Source: Octopus sinensis | Lineage: Eukaryota | Assembly: GCF_006345805.1 (NCBI RefSeq) | Contig: NC_043002.1 | Location: 24,242,001-24,306,000, forward strand | DNA: 64,000 nt | Reading direction: 5' to 3' | In this document: in pieces, positions 13,426 to 27,445 of the stretch | Layout: the number at the start of each line of letters is the position of its first letter | Numbering within the stretch: position 1 is the first letter of the stretch | Notes under the pieces: model-generated | The model's database searches: none | The model's input: the letters and a program-made list of their open reading frames with translations, nothing else | Told to the model about the DNA's origin: nothing | Position numbers and translations under genes: made by a program

Positions 13426-16089
13426 CCATGTATATGCATCCACTTTTCATGCTGGCATCAGTTGGACAGGTTATCATGGTACATACATGAATTCTTATTC
13501 AGAGCTACTGCTATCCTTGACGGGATAATTTTTCAGTTTCATTTTTGACTTAGTTTCTGTGGCTTGATGCCCTTTCTAACATCAATCATTTCACACGGGT
13601 GCATTTCATCATGGTACCAACACTACAGACATTACCATGTCCTTAACAAGATGAAAGGTTATTCAGACCTATGTCTCTGGTTGCTCACCCATCACTTTAT
13701 AATGTATCAAGTGTGGGTTTATAGCAGCATGAATTATGCATATTTTATGTGCTGCTAGTTTACATATAAACATCATCATCAGTTAATGTTCATATTCAAT
13801 GCTAGAATGGATTGGATGGTTAGAGAGGATCTGTGTTCAAGGATTATATCATGCTCCCATGTCTACTTTAGTTTCAATGGCTGGATACCCATCGTAATGC
13901 CAACAACTTTACACATATACAGGCTGTTTTCTCAAGAGAGGTGACGTTATGCTAGGAGACAAGGGGTTCAAGTATGAGAGAAGAGGCTAGAGTAGAACTG
14001 ATTTTTTGCAGTAGAAGAGCTACATGACCACTCACATTTGAGAAGACAGAGTGAGGGTGATTAGAGTGGAGCTGGAATGAGGTATAAACAATGGAAATGC
14101 GTTGTCTGGGTGGATTCTCAATGTATGAGGTGAGTGGATGTGAGTGGCGACAAAAGTACCAAGAGTGTAGGTAGAGTTTGATAGAGTGTATGGAAAAGTG
14201 AGAGATAGAGAATGGGTGATGGAAATGGGTATAGTGAATGAAGAGCAAGTGTTGAAGGATGATAAGTAGGGAAGGTAGGGAAAAGTAGGTGACAACTGTA
14301 GATATTAGGTTGTGGTGAGGAGTGGAAATACTAATGGTGAATAAGGGGTGGTAGGGGATATACCAGTGATGCATCAAGGTGAAGAGTAGCAGAATAGTAA
14401 TGTTTGAATTAGTAAACAGGGTAAGGATGAGAGAGAGCCATGATACGTGGTTAGGTAGGTTGCATGAATATGGGAGGAAAGAGAGGCAGGCATAGTGCAA
14501 GGAGAGAGTGAGAGATGTATGGTGATGGAAAAGATAGGTGTTGGGGTGGAATGATGAATATGAAATGTGAGCAAACGACAGCAGAGCTTTTCTTATTCCT
14601 CACAGGTATAGACCTTATCAAACAGTAATGGATCAACAACTAAACAGCCTTCCCATTAAAGGTACATCCACTCTTCATGTAGGTTCTAAAGCTTTATGGT
14701 AGTATCCACAAACACAGGCACAATGAAATGTTGGATTGATGAGTGGATGTGTGCTGTATGCAAGAGGTAAAAGGGAAAGGATCCTCAACCAAATTCCTCA
14801 CAGGCAAGAGACAGCAATATTAATTCTTCTGGGTGGGTATCAGTGACAGCAGAGGTGGAGTAGGCATACAAGGCTTAATCCTAGATAAGCTCTGATTAAG
14901 CAGACCTAATTTCAAACATCCAAGCGATGACCATCCTGTCATTTTAGAAATATTTAGCTCTATATTATCCAATGTCTTTGCTTCTTTATATTTAGGTTTG
15001 ATTTCAAGTAGATTCATAGTGGTGGAGCTGGTTTGTAAGTGGGAGTGGAGAAGGGAGTTATTACTAACAATGAAAAGAAGAATTGTTAGTGATGGTGGAG
15101 AGGAAGCTGTTAATGGTAGCAGAGTGGTTGTTCAGTTGTGGTAGTGAAGGAAGAGTTGTTAATAGTAATGGCTAAGGAGTTGTTGTTACTAGTTGTGGAG
15201 GAAGAGTTCTTAGTAGTGGTTATGGAGTAGTTACTGATGGTGGAGTGTTGTTAGCACCAGTGATGGTGGTGGGTGGGTTGATAAAAAGTGTTGATGGATT
15301 TGTCAATGCTCTTAGCAGAAGGGATGTTACTGGTGATGATGGGTAAAAAAAATACCGGATTGAGTAAAATGAACACAAATGAATCTAGAAAAGTAAAGAA
15401 CAGAAAAAACAAACAACTACTTGTAATTTTCTATTTCTTGTGTGTGCTTGAGAGAGAGAGTGTGTGTGTGTGTGTTGGTAAGTAATCTCAGATGATTGTA
15501 TTAATAATGAAACAAAGTATATCTGCTACATAGTTAATCCCACATCATTGTTTTATTGTTGATAAACAGAGAATATATCATAAATCTTGGATCGATATTT
15601 GATAGATGCTTCATCATTTTCATCAAATGTCCCCAACACAAAAAAATAAATCATCATCATCACATCATCAATGTTATTCCACTGTCACCACAAGCGTCAT
15701 CCCCTGCATTATTTCCAACTGCTGTCACCACTGCTACAAGAAACTATTAATCTACTTATACCAACCAACCAACCAACCAACCAAACAAACAAACATCACC
15801 ATCATTCTCATTACTAACCAACCGGTTAACCCCACTACCACTCCATCACAACCACTGCACAATAGCTATATAAAAAAGTAGGATTTGAACTCACAGCCAC
15901 TGGATACATCAGGTAATAATAAGCTAAATACACTTCATATATATATATATATATATATATATAACAAAAGTGGGGGTGTATCTCCACGCAGGAAAAAATA
16001 TAGGCAAATTTGTTGTTGAAAATGCACCTAAATTTGAAAAACTTGTAATTGTTTAAAATAAATTTATTTACATATATACAATACAAACA

Positions 16090-16745
16090 TTTCAGAGAGT
16101 TTGGATGTCAATCTGAGGACATGTACTGAGAGTGATAAAAATCAAACATACAGTCAACATCATGGTGTTTGGAGTGATCACTAGTGATGGTGACGTTATG
16201 CCTCCATCTTCCCATATGGCTTCAGATTCAACAAGGAGGCCTACATCAAATACTTGGAGGAGGTAGTGCTGCCCTGGGTCAAGAGGGCGGCTGTTGGAAG
16301 ACCCTGTGTCTGGCAACTGGGCTCTGCACCATGCCACACAAGCAAGAGAACCCAGTCATAACTCTCAGACAATTTCCGTGATTGCATCACTCCTAACATC
16401 TGGCTACCTAATTACATAGACTGTAAACCCCTTGATTATTATGTGTGGGGTGCATTTGAGCAAGAGACCAACAAAACTCCTTGTAACACCAAAGATGAAT
16501 TGAAGGCAAGGATTATGGCAGCATTCACCAACTTAAACAAGGAGACCATCCAGAAGAGTTGCAGGAGATTCCGAAGCTGTCTGAAGGCTGTGGTTGAAGC
16601 CAATGGCGATTTCATTGAATAAATTTACTCTTTAGTATTTCAAGATATTTTTATGTGATTTTGATAAATATATCTGTTAAAATGAGATGCCAGTGTTATT
16701 TTCATTTTTGCATAATTTAGACGACAGTTTATTCACTGCACCCTG
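16090..16745 (+). mobile_element. Same DD37D mariner family, 5'-truncated dead copy
   Basis: Aligns by eye with 56870-57502. Has a frameshift, an in-frame stop and QQD changed to QLG. Right TIR ...CACTGCACCCTG followed by TA. Confidence 0.9.
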
Positions 16746-19012
16746 TATGTTTACATATACACACATGATCAAACAGAGTCCAAAGTGGCAGGTGTTGGTT
16801 TGCATCAGCAAGACATGTATTATTTAGTAAAATCAACAAAAAAGCACAGTGAACTTGCTGAGAGAAGTGGAAAATCTCATGTTTTGGACAGCGTTTTTTT
16901 TAAAGAAAAAAATAAACGGGAGTGAAATTAAAGAGACATGTCAAAACTGCTAATTTTTTTAGCAGGACAGTAAATTACTTTTCCTAATCTGCGATATAAT
17001 TTTGTTTCTAATTTTAGGTAAGCCTATTTCCTAGAAGTGCTTGTAACTGCTACCAGTTGATGGTGTTGACTGTAATCTTCTTGGGTGCAAGTATGGGTCT
17101 TTCACACAGCCACTTGTGTGTTAGGTAATGATCTTTGATCCATCTACTACCTTGACCCCATTTGGTCAAGGGTATCTTACTATCAGAAGGAAACCTTCCC
17201 TTTCCAACTTGCATTGTTATAATCATACATACACACACACCATATGTATTGCATTTTATATTGTAATTTGCAAATAGCAGTACTGTTGGTTACAGTTCTC
17301 CAACTACCAATCACTGATGCAATGCATTTTTTACTGTAAAAGTAATAATGAGCAAAGAACTTCATCTAAATAGCACTGGTTTGTCACTAATGTTTGTATA
17401 GACAAGAGAGAAAGAAAAACAGTCAGGTAGATATATACCTACACACACACACACACACACACACACGACAAGGTTTTGCATAGTTACTGTATACCAAATT
17501 CCACTCACAAGGTGTTGGTCAACTTGACGCTATGGTAGAAAGCACTTATCCAAAGTAATGTACAGTGGGATTGAATCTGAAATCAAGTGATTCCTAAGCA
17601 AACTTCTTCCCCTCACACTGTGTGCATGCGCATGCACATACACACATACATGCATGCACATACACAAGTAAGATATATACAAAACTTACACATTCTTAGG
17701 CATATAAAACCACACTTAATAAAGACACATACATTTATTTGATCCTCCCCCACACCTAACTCCAACAAACATCGTTACATCCATGAATGATGATGAGGAT
17801 GATGGTAGACCATTTCTAAAATTGTTTGGCTGCCATTCAGTAACCAGAATAGCATTTAGATGGTTTGTAATTTCCTCCACCAGTTCTTCCTGTTATCTAT
17901 TTTCAATCTTGACCATTGCTGACCGAAACCTAACCAATTCCACCTTGGCTTTTCCTATTTCCTCTCTGACAGACATGTCTACTCAATATTATTTATTTTG
18001 GATCTTCTTCCTGTTTGTCTCCATCAAACTCCTTGTCTATCTGTGAGTCTAACTGTCTAACACAATTTTGTTTCTGTTTTCAGGAGATACACAGTGTGTG
18101 GTTTTGATATCCTGGCTTTCTTGATTTCTCTTGCTGTGTAATAATTACTATCATTTTCTGTTACAGCCATTGTGTTGTCTTCTTAAACACTTCACTTCAT
18201 TACAGTCTACCTAGCTGTATAATATGTACCATCACTTTGCAGTTTTAGCCATTGTGTTGTGTTTCCTCAGACAGTACACTCTGCTTTGGTCAGGCTGTTT
18301 AATTGGATAACATTCTTGTCTTAGGAGACACAACATAATGTAGTTGCACAAATTGGTGGTACTTCTTATATTGATTGAGTGACTGTGGCAATTAGTTGCA
18401 GAAATTACTGAGAAAACACTGTTCAATACTGTATGTCATGAAACAACCCTGTTCAATCTATCAGCTAAGTAAACTTGTTTCAGTGTTGCCTGTTTCAGGG
18501 TTAACTGTATAATAGGTAACAACATTTTAAATGGTGTCTGAATCCATCACTACATTTTGATGCTTTAGAAAATCCAGAGTACACCAGTCTCTATGAACTT
18601 GCTAACTCATCAGTTCAAGTCTGATGGCATGAAGTTGATCAGAGCAAAATCATACCCTGGATAGAATACAACATCTATTTCTAGAAATATTATTTGATCA
18701 CTGGGTAATTATTCATGAGACAAAGATGAACAGGGATAATGTAGAATTGGATTCTGCACAGAAACATTAATGAAAGAATGTGTAGATGTAAACTTCCAAA
18801 ACAAGGATCAGTTATTGAATGGCTGATCCACTCAGCTATCACATTAAAGTGGATAAGAGATTATTTTCTCTTTGGATAGACTGCTAGTCTATCTCTAGTA
18901 ACTTTCGCCAGATGACCTTCATGTTGTTTAAAACCCAGTCAGTCTTGATCCAGTAGGCCTACAGTGAAGTGCAGCAATATATAGTAATAGTACAGTAGAC
19001 ACAGGAAGGATG

Positions 19013-19119
<107 letters not shown>

Positions 19120-19378
19120 GTGGTTGAAGGTGATCAATGTAAGAAATAGATAAAGGGAATAGTATTAACAATGGATAACAAGTGAATGGATTCCAGGTAG
19201 TAAGATGGATAAGTGGTATCAAGGGAAAATGGTGAAATATTCAGTCCTGCTCACATTTAATTACAGCAGCAGAATACTGTAGTTAGAAAGATGATAGTTG
19301 GTGGGGATGTCTTGAGGAGGAAATTGATTTAGAACAGGGACAGTTGTTTATATATATATATATATATAAAATAAAATC

Positions 19379-20212
19379 AAATCAAAACAAATCAAAATAG
19401 ATGAACATTAATGGAATTTGTATCTTTGTGGTACCAGTGCCAGTGGCACACAAGAAAACCATCCGAACGTGGCCGTAGCCAGTACCGCATCGAATGGCCT
19501 CCGTGCTGTGGGCACGTAACAAACACCATCCGATCGTGGCCGTTCGCCAGCCTCATCTGGCACCTATGTCGGTGGCACATAAAAACACCATCCGAATACC
19601 CGGCAAGACTAGTCAGGCCATAACCCGTGGCCCTTACCTGGGACGTAGTCAGTCCACCTGTGCTTACCTTCCTTCTTGTGACACTTGTGAAGACCTGTTG
19701 AGGCAAGTGAAAATCAAAACAAATCAAAATAGATGAACATCAATGGAATTTGTATCTTTGTGGTACCAGTGCCGGTGGCACGTGGCACACAAGAAAACCA
19801 TCCGAACGTGGCCGTAGCCAGTACCGCATTGACTGGCCTCCGTGCTGTGGGCACGTAACAAACACCATCCGATCGTGGCCGTTTGCCAGCCTCATCTGGC
19901 ACCTGTGTCGGTGGCACATAAAAACACCATCCGAGCGTGGCCGTCTGCCAGCCTCGTCTGGCACCTGTGTCGGTGGCACATAAAAAAAACACCATCCGAG
20001 TGTGGCCGTTTGCCAGCCTCGTCTGGCACCTGTGTCGGTGGCACATAAAATCACCCACTACACTCTCGGAGTGGTTGGCGTTAGGAAGGGCATCCAGCTG
20101 TAGAAACACTGCCAGATCTGACTGGACTGGTGCAGCTTTCGGGCTCCCCAGACCCCAGTTGAACCGTCCAACCCATGCTAGCATGGAAAGCGGACGTTAA
20201 ATGATGATGATG
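19379..20212 (+). mobile_element. Retroposon (family D) with a tandem hairpin array and (GAT)n tail, long young copy
   Basis: Eight GTGCC-N3-GGCAC-type units, then the shared 3' module GTTGGCGTTAGGAAGGGCATCCAGCTGTAGAAAC...CATGCTAGCATGGAAAGCGGACGTTAAA(TGA)n. Confidence 0.85.
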
Positions 20213-20489
20213 ATATATATATATATATATATATATATACACTCATTTCAGCATGGAAGGTGGATGCTAAGTGATGATGATGATATACTTTATTTGTGGG
20301 TTAACAAGGATATGATTGGTTTCATGCTGAGAATTCTCAGCAACAATCAAGACTGTCACATGGGACATTGCTACTCATCTCCATCGTGGATAGAGAATAT
20401 GATAAAGCTGTGTGAAACTGTGCAGGACTTTGGAATAAACAAATAAATATACATATCTGGGAGAATAAACTCTCTCTCTCTCTACACAC

Positions 20490-21190
20490 ACACGCCATTT
20501 CGTCCAATGACATCCTGGGTATCCCTCATCCACAAGCTCCATCCACATTAAGTCATTCTTTATACAGCTGTCTTCATCCATATACATCATATGTCTATAC
20601 TGGCAAAGTCTTCTTTCTTGCACACAACATCTGATTCCTCTTATGCTTAATTTTCTCTCAAAGCATTTGTACTTTGTCATTCATTACACATCCAACAGAG
20701 CATACTTGCTTCATTTCTTTTCAGTCACCTCTCAAGTAATCTGCATTCAAGGCCCATGTCTCACTACCATGCAATATCACACTTCTAACACAAGTATCAT
20801 AAAATCCCTGAGGGAAAAGACCTCTGTTATCAGCAATGGTAGAAGCACTCTGAACTTTTTCCAGTCTATTCTAACCCTGACTACTATACTTTCATAGCAA
20901 CCATCCCCTCTGTAAATTATATCTCTGAGATCACAAATGTTATCAAATACTTCTAGTGATTGATCCGAGCATTTAAGATAATCTATTTCTAGTGTGTTCT
21001 TTGTATGTACTTCTTCAATACATCTGTCATATATGAAGCATACTTTCTTTGTTAGTCTGCCAGTGAATCCACTATACCTCTTTTGTCTAAAGTTTATATT
21101 GGGTACAAGATATGCAGTTTATACCTCCTCCTTTCCTGCATACTGAGCTAGGCTATTTCCCAGAACATACCAGGATCCTATAAATTTGTT
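20490..21190 (-). mobile_element. RTE-clade LINE ORF2 C-terminal remnant
   Basis: Minus translation KLSIRGIRCCVQERRL..YRHMMYMDEDSCIK resembles the RTE RLRWYGHVMRM region. Degraded. Confidence 0.78.
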
Positions 21191-22384
21191 TCACTTTTCA
21201 TTAAAGCAGTGTTGTGCATAATATATATATATATATAGTTAATCCAAACAAGAAAACACAGAAAAAAAAAAAACACAGCAACGCGAGGACGTGGAACAAT
21301 TAAAGTATTATTTGACGCTCAGGAAAGAAGGGAAGGAGGGTTTAACTCTTGGACTCCATTATGCAATATCTCCTTGTTTTAAAATGGTAGGGTATAATTA
21401 AAGGGATATTTAGACACAATTTCTAGCAAGTTGGGTAACCACATAGCCACTCCTTTATTGGTTCATGTGGTGGGAGTTGTTTAATCTTAGGTCAACTCTG
21501 ATCAAGCAAACCTCCAAACAAAGTTATTCCAGCCACCATCTTCCTGTGTGCAGGGAAAACCAGGATCACATTATTCAATGTCTTTTTAAGACATTAAGGC
21601 AAGTTCTGAGGGAAATTTAGCTGCTTTTGTTGCAGATTGTGTGACTATGCAGAGGCACCTAATATTTTGCTGCTATTTCAGGAAGGACAAGTAACAACAC
21701 AAAAGTGTCATCATTAGATCAAGATAATCTGGTGGCACTTGTTACTGGCAATTAAGACAATTAGCCAACAATGGAACTTTTAAGTGGTTCTTGACATGCC
21801 ACACACAACAGCCAAATCTCATCATCTTAAACAGAGAACAGCACATTAAAGTATTCCTTACATAGTCCTCAAAAGATGGGATGATTATAAAAAGAGCATA
21901 GATCAAAGATTTTCTTGATCAGAGACTGATTAGACAAAGCAACAACAATAATGTAATATTAAAATACTGTAAAATAAAGCATTCCACTCAGAAACGCAAT
22001 ACTGCAGCACCAGGATTTGAACATGGGAGCCATGAAAAGCATAAGTAGTCCAGTATTTTATCTACTGGATAATCCAGTTTCTACATCCCACCATCACCAT
22101 TACAGTCAATTGTCTTGATGACTGCATCAACTATGACATAGAACTTCTGTTTTGAAACACAAAAACTGCACTTGAATTGAAGTGGTGGTCTAGTATGCAC
22201 TTGGCCAGGGCAGTTACTTCCATAAAGTTTGTGACATCTACTACCTCACCATTATCTTATTTGAGTGTGTGTGTGTGAGGAGGGGGAGATGTCCTTCACC
22301 ACTATTAGTCTTATTGCCCTTCAAAGTTCTAACCTGGATGAAGATGTTTGTTTACATCGACCACTTCCCAGCCACAGCTATAAA

Positions 22385-22485
22385 CTCCTCCACCACCATC
22401 AATACCACCACCAACACCGCCACCACCACCACCACCACCACCACCACCACCACAACAACAACCACCACCACCACCACCACCACCA
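22385..22485. repeat. (ACC)n/(ACA)n microsatellite
   Basis: Directly visible; source of the poly-H/T/G pseudo-ORFs. Confidence 0.95.
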
Positions 22486-23265
22486 AGCAACAAGTCCAAA
22501 CATGAGGTTTCTATGACAGCAACTATTATTGCTTCCATTTCCTTGTCTAGTAGGTTTCACGTTCCACCATTGGGTTGATTACAGAAGCCATGCTGTGTGT
22601 GTTTGTATGCATTAGGGTTATACTTCTTAGGGTTATACAACAACAATGACAACAACAACAACAACTGCAGCTGCCATAAAATCAGTTGAGGTGGTAACTA
22701 ATGCTTTCATGCCAGCAATAGCAGCTGCCACCAACACACCTTCATCAAAATTGCAGGGCTGTTGATTCCTTTCTTTTATATCACCACAGCCACTATGCAC
22801 AGATCATCATCATCATCATCATTTCAACATTCACCTGTTGTTTACATGGATCAGACAAAATTTGCTGATGCACATTTTTTATGGCTGGATGCTCTTTCTA
22901 TTATCAATCCTCACTTGTTTCTAAGTAAGGTAATATTTCCCCTTAATCCTTTGAATTGAATAACACCAGCAGCTAGACAGGTTTACACAGAAGACTGTTA
23001 ACAGATGACACTACTTAAAAGCGATGTTTGTTTACAATTAGCATGTGATCAAGGAGACATGAACACACACACACACACACACACAATCATGATGGGCATC
23101 TTTCAGTTTCCATCTACAAAGTCCACTCACTACAGCCTAGGATCGTAACAGAAGAAACTTCTCCAAGATGTCCATGCAGTGGGACTGAGTTCAAACTCAC
23201 ATAGTTGCAAAACAAACTTTTAACCACAATCCTATGCTTTCAACTTATAACCATGCTTGTGTCTA

Positions 23266-23317
<52 letters not shown>

Positions 23318-23828
23318 ACACACACACATACATAAAAACATGTATATACACACACTCGCACACATATAAGACTCTTCACTAGATACTGACCTCTCTTTGA
23401 TCTAACTTCCTTTCTTATTTTCATGGCCTATTTCATCTCTTTCTTTCTTGATGCCATCAATCGATGTCTTTTAATTACTAACCCTATTTTAGCAACCCCA
23501 CCCTTCTCCCCATCCCATCTTTCCATTAATGTTTCTCAGATTATTCCTCCTCCTCCTCACCACCACCGCCGCCACCTCTCTTACATGATTTCCCATTGAA
23601 CTTATATATTTATAAACACTGTTCTACACTACACTGTTCACCAGAATCTTCTTATGAGGATAACATGATTTCACATCACAGCTCTCTAAAATCTGTGTTA
23701 ATCTAATATTATTGGACGATATTACATTATATACATGGTTATGGCACCAGTGATTGTTTATCTGAAACAGCTGTAAAGATAAGACTTGATGACATTCACT
23801 TATTTGTATGGATTGACTCATACATTGT

Positions 23829-24153
23829 AGCGTCAGAGCTATGCCGTCGGGAACTTTGGTTCTTGGTAGGGCTACCCAAGGCAGATTGGTCTGACACCGA
23901 GTGGTATTAGGGCCACAACCCGGTAGACGGGGCTCTGGTGAAAATCCTCGGAGTGTCTGTTTCGGCAACCGGTGGCTCCTCGGTCGTTCTGTCCCTGCAT
24001 CTGCGGACACTCTGCGGCAAACAGGATGTCTCTACATGCGGGATTGTTGGAGACCGGTTGTGAAATCCACATATTCCCATGAGACTTCTTCCATGGTAGA
24101 AGAAGCCGACTCAACCCGCCCAGGGTGAATGTCACCACAAGTACAAGTAAGTA
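23829..24153 (+). mobile_element. CpG-rich ~325 bp retroposon-like insertion of unknown family
   Basis: Abrupt rise in GC and CpG. Ends in an ACAAGTACAAGTAAGTA tail. Candidate TSD CATACATTGT (23819-23828) / CATACACTGT (24154-24163). Confidence 0.6.
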
Positions 24154-26407
24154 CATACACTGTGAGTGAAATTGCTTAGATGTACACTGTGAGTGAAATT
24201 GCTTAGATGTACAGAACCACATCAAGTAGATTATACCTGTAATTCAAACAGTACGGTCTTGTCAGATGCTGTGTCACACTGACTCTGCTTAAGAATTATG
24301 TTAAGGGCACACATGTCAGTAAAATGCTCGGTCGCTTATATGTTAAAATGAAGAGCAGATAATTCAGTTGAACAACTGAATCTTCATCATGAAATGGTGG
24401 AGACCTACCATCTTTTACACACACACACACACACACACACAAAATTATATATACAATATTTTACATATTGTTTGCACTCTAAGAAATTCCTTTTATCAGC
24501 TATTGACAGAAGATCATAATGGTTTTCGCTCTTTGTAGCAGTACTCCTCCATCCAGCAGTGTAATGAGTATCATTGATGTTCCAAAGACTTTGGAACATC
24601 AAATGTTATTATGGCCCACATCATAATAACATTTTCCCTTTTCTTCTGTTAACCATGCAGTTATCACATCAAACTGGGTGCAGCTGTAAACACTACATCT
24701 TGCTGCAATTATTTTATTTTACTATATATTCTTCACTCTCTCTTTCTCACATACCTCTGCATTTCCATCAACAAAGAATTCTCTGTTTCTTGCTCCAATT
24801 CACAAATCACTATTCTGCTATTCCTCTTAAGTTCACATTGTAGATCCATCTGAAAGTCCATGATATCTCACTTCTACAGGAAGCACTTTATACTGCCATC
24901 TTTGTGCTTAATAACTCTAAACCTTTCATATTTTAAGCCTTTCTTTTATGTGCCCATTAAATATTCCAAATCCGGCATCAACAACTCAATAATCAAGACA
25001 TCATTAATGCAATGGTTTAGGAACAAAACATTTCCTTTAAAATCCATCTGCAACTTCTAGTCATAAGCATCCTTCTGAAGTCAGGGCTTTGACTTTCAGA
25101 GAAGTGACAAAATGAATCATCAACTTCAAATATATCATTCATTCATTTGCTCATTATGCCAGTTTTTCGATTCAAGCATGGGTTGGATGAAGGCTTATTT
25201 TAGACAGGAAATTACACCTGGATGCTCGTCCTATTGCCAACCCTTACCAGTTTTATAAGTAAAGCTTTTTTTATTTTTCATCTCAAAGGTCAATATTCAT
25301 GTACATTTGTATACACACACATATATGCAAATGTAATGAGCTTCCTAAAATTTCACAAGGTATTGACCATCCTGGGGCTCTAGTAGAAGACACTTAACCA
25401 AAGTGTTGCTTAGTAGGACTGAACACAAAATGGTTACAAAACAAACTTCTAAACCATACATCCATGCCTGCACAGATGTTGATGTTCCTTAAGAATATCA
25501 ACACTTTGGAATTCCGTAGTTCCACAACACTCTCCTTTTATATGAGCAGATGTTGGAAGTTTTAGCTAATTGATCAACCTGCTAGAAACAATAGCCAAAT
25601 CTTCCTCAAATTACACCCTACTGAAATTGGTGTAACCAGTATGGTTGCACTCCAATGATTGAAATTAGGGGAGAAAAAATAAAATACAATAAAAAATATG
25701 AGGAATACATTGGATAATGTAGTCTTAGATTATATCTGAATAACGGACCAGATGGTCATGGCTGGAATGCCTTTGAGCATAAGTTGACTGAATCAGGGTT
25801 AACTTTGGAATAAACAATAACATCTCTAGGATCATGTGTCCTCTCACAAACCCACACTATTCTTTTCCAACAACAACAACAACATTAATGAATGAAGCTC
25901 TATGTGATTACTCAACATGTTAGAAATGGCATTTAAGTCCCCTTCAAATTCAGCCCCACTTACATACATAGAACAGAACACAGGATAATGTGCTTGGGAA
26001 AAATATGGGATAGTTATGGCTGAAACATTTGTAATCATATATCTGCTGGATAAGGGGTAAATTGGGGCTAAATAGCAACATGAATGAAAAACATAGGCCT
26101 AAATAAAAGATGGGATGGCCACAGCTGGAATTATAGCTCAATTAGATTAGCACTAACCTGGATTTAAACAACATCAACAACAAACCTTGTTGGGGAATTT
26201 CTATGTAGTAATTAGACTTATTAGAAATAGCAGCCAAATTTCCCTCATATAATGTATTAATGTCTCATGAAAAAAGAGGAACACATTGGATAATGCAGTC
26301 CTAGATACAGTAGGTTGGGATAAAAGAAAAACAAGGTGGTCACATCACCGGGCTGTTCAATCAGAGGTGACCAGAAGCTAGACAACATCCACCTCCACTC
26401 TCTAGAA

Positions 26408-26474
26408 CTGTGATTCCCAACCCTTTTATTTAAACGAGTTTTCCTATGGAGACCCCTTTTAATAAGCTTATCCT

Positions 26475-26506
<32 letters not shown>

Positions 26507-26514
26507 CATGCATG

Positions 26515-26572
<58 letters not shown>

Positions 26573-26648
26573 TATATGAAATTTTGAATTTAGTTCATGG
26601 ACCCCCAGTACTACCAGGGGTCTGTGGACTCCAGATTAGGAACCACTG
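26408..26648. mobile_element. hAT (Charlie-like) MITE with an internal (GT)(AT) microsatellite
   Basis: Ends CTGTGATTCCCAA...TAGGAACCACTG. 8 bp TSD CTCTAGAA / TTCTAGAA. Confidence 0.82.
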
Positions 26649-27049
26649 TTCTAGAACAACACCAATGTGCCACTTGACTTGCGAGAAATAACATGTCAAA
26701 TAACACCCAAATCATATTCTCACCATTTAAAAAAAACAACAGAAATGATGGATAATGCAGTCCTAAGATACACAAATAAAAAAGACAAGATAGTCATGGC
26801 AGGAATGCCTCTGATCATAAATCTGTTTAATCTCAACAACAAATGCACACAGTACTCTCCATAACAACCACCATCACAACGATAACACCTCCACCCAACC
26901 ATCCATTTGCCAACCCCCAAACATGAAGCAGTCACAGCCATATTGCTGCATCTTACAGTTCTTAGATTGGCAAAGTGGCAGCTGAAAATGTACAATATAC
27001 ACTTAACAACCGAAATACTGCAACTGCAGCTTGGTTGAGACAGCAGAAC

Positions 27050-27445
27050 TGCATAATGGTAGAGATGGCAGTGGTAGTGGTGGTTGTGGTAGTAATGGTG
27101 GTGTTAGTAGTAATGGTAGTATTGATGATGGTTAAGGTGATGATAGTTGTAGTGGTGGTGGAGGTAGTTGATGTGGTGATATGATACTGGTTGTCGTGGT
27201 AGAGGTGTAAAAGTGATAGTTGTAGTAGTAGTAGTGGTGGTGGAGGTTGTGGTAATGAAAGTGGTGACATTGGTTGTTGTGAGAGGTTGTGGAGGTGATA
27301 GTGGTATTGGTGGTAGTGACTGTGGTGGATAACTGATGTTTAGTTGTGAATATAAAAGGTGTCTGATGACAACAAACCACCACCACCACTATAATGAAGA
27401 TGAAGAATTTGATGACGATGGTGGTGATGATAATGATGGTGTGTA
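27050..27445. repeat. Degenerate (GGT/GTA/GAT)n low-complexity tract
   Basis: Trinucleotide periodicity; similar tracts near 12.1, 15.0-15.9 and 47.3 kb. Confidence 0.85.

Noticed and set aside
16995-17023. Recursive-splice-like TTTCTAATTTTAG|GTAAGC
   Set aside because: It is on the plus strand, opposite to the presumed host intron. About one such motif is expected by chance in 64 kb of AT-rich DNA (rough estimate); weaker ones occur at 6720 and 14608.
19437-20050. CRISPR-like appearance of palindromic repeats with variable spacers
   Set aside because: Eukaryotic context with no cas genes. The spacers are related to each other, and the array is part of a dispersed retroposon with a microsatellite tail.
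21238-21346. Fragment resembling, from memory, a Penelope-type terminal repeat that might carry a hammerhead ribozyme
   Set aside because: It ends before any CTGANGA...GAAA core, and I saw no convincing hammerhead elsewhere in the window.
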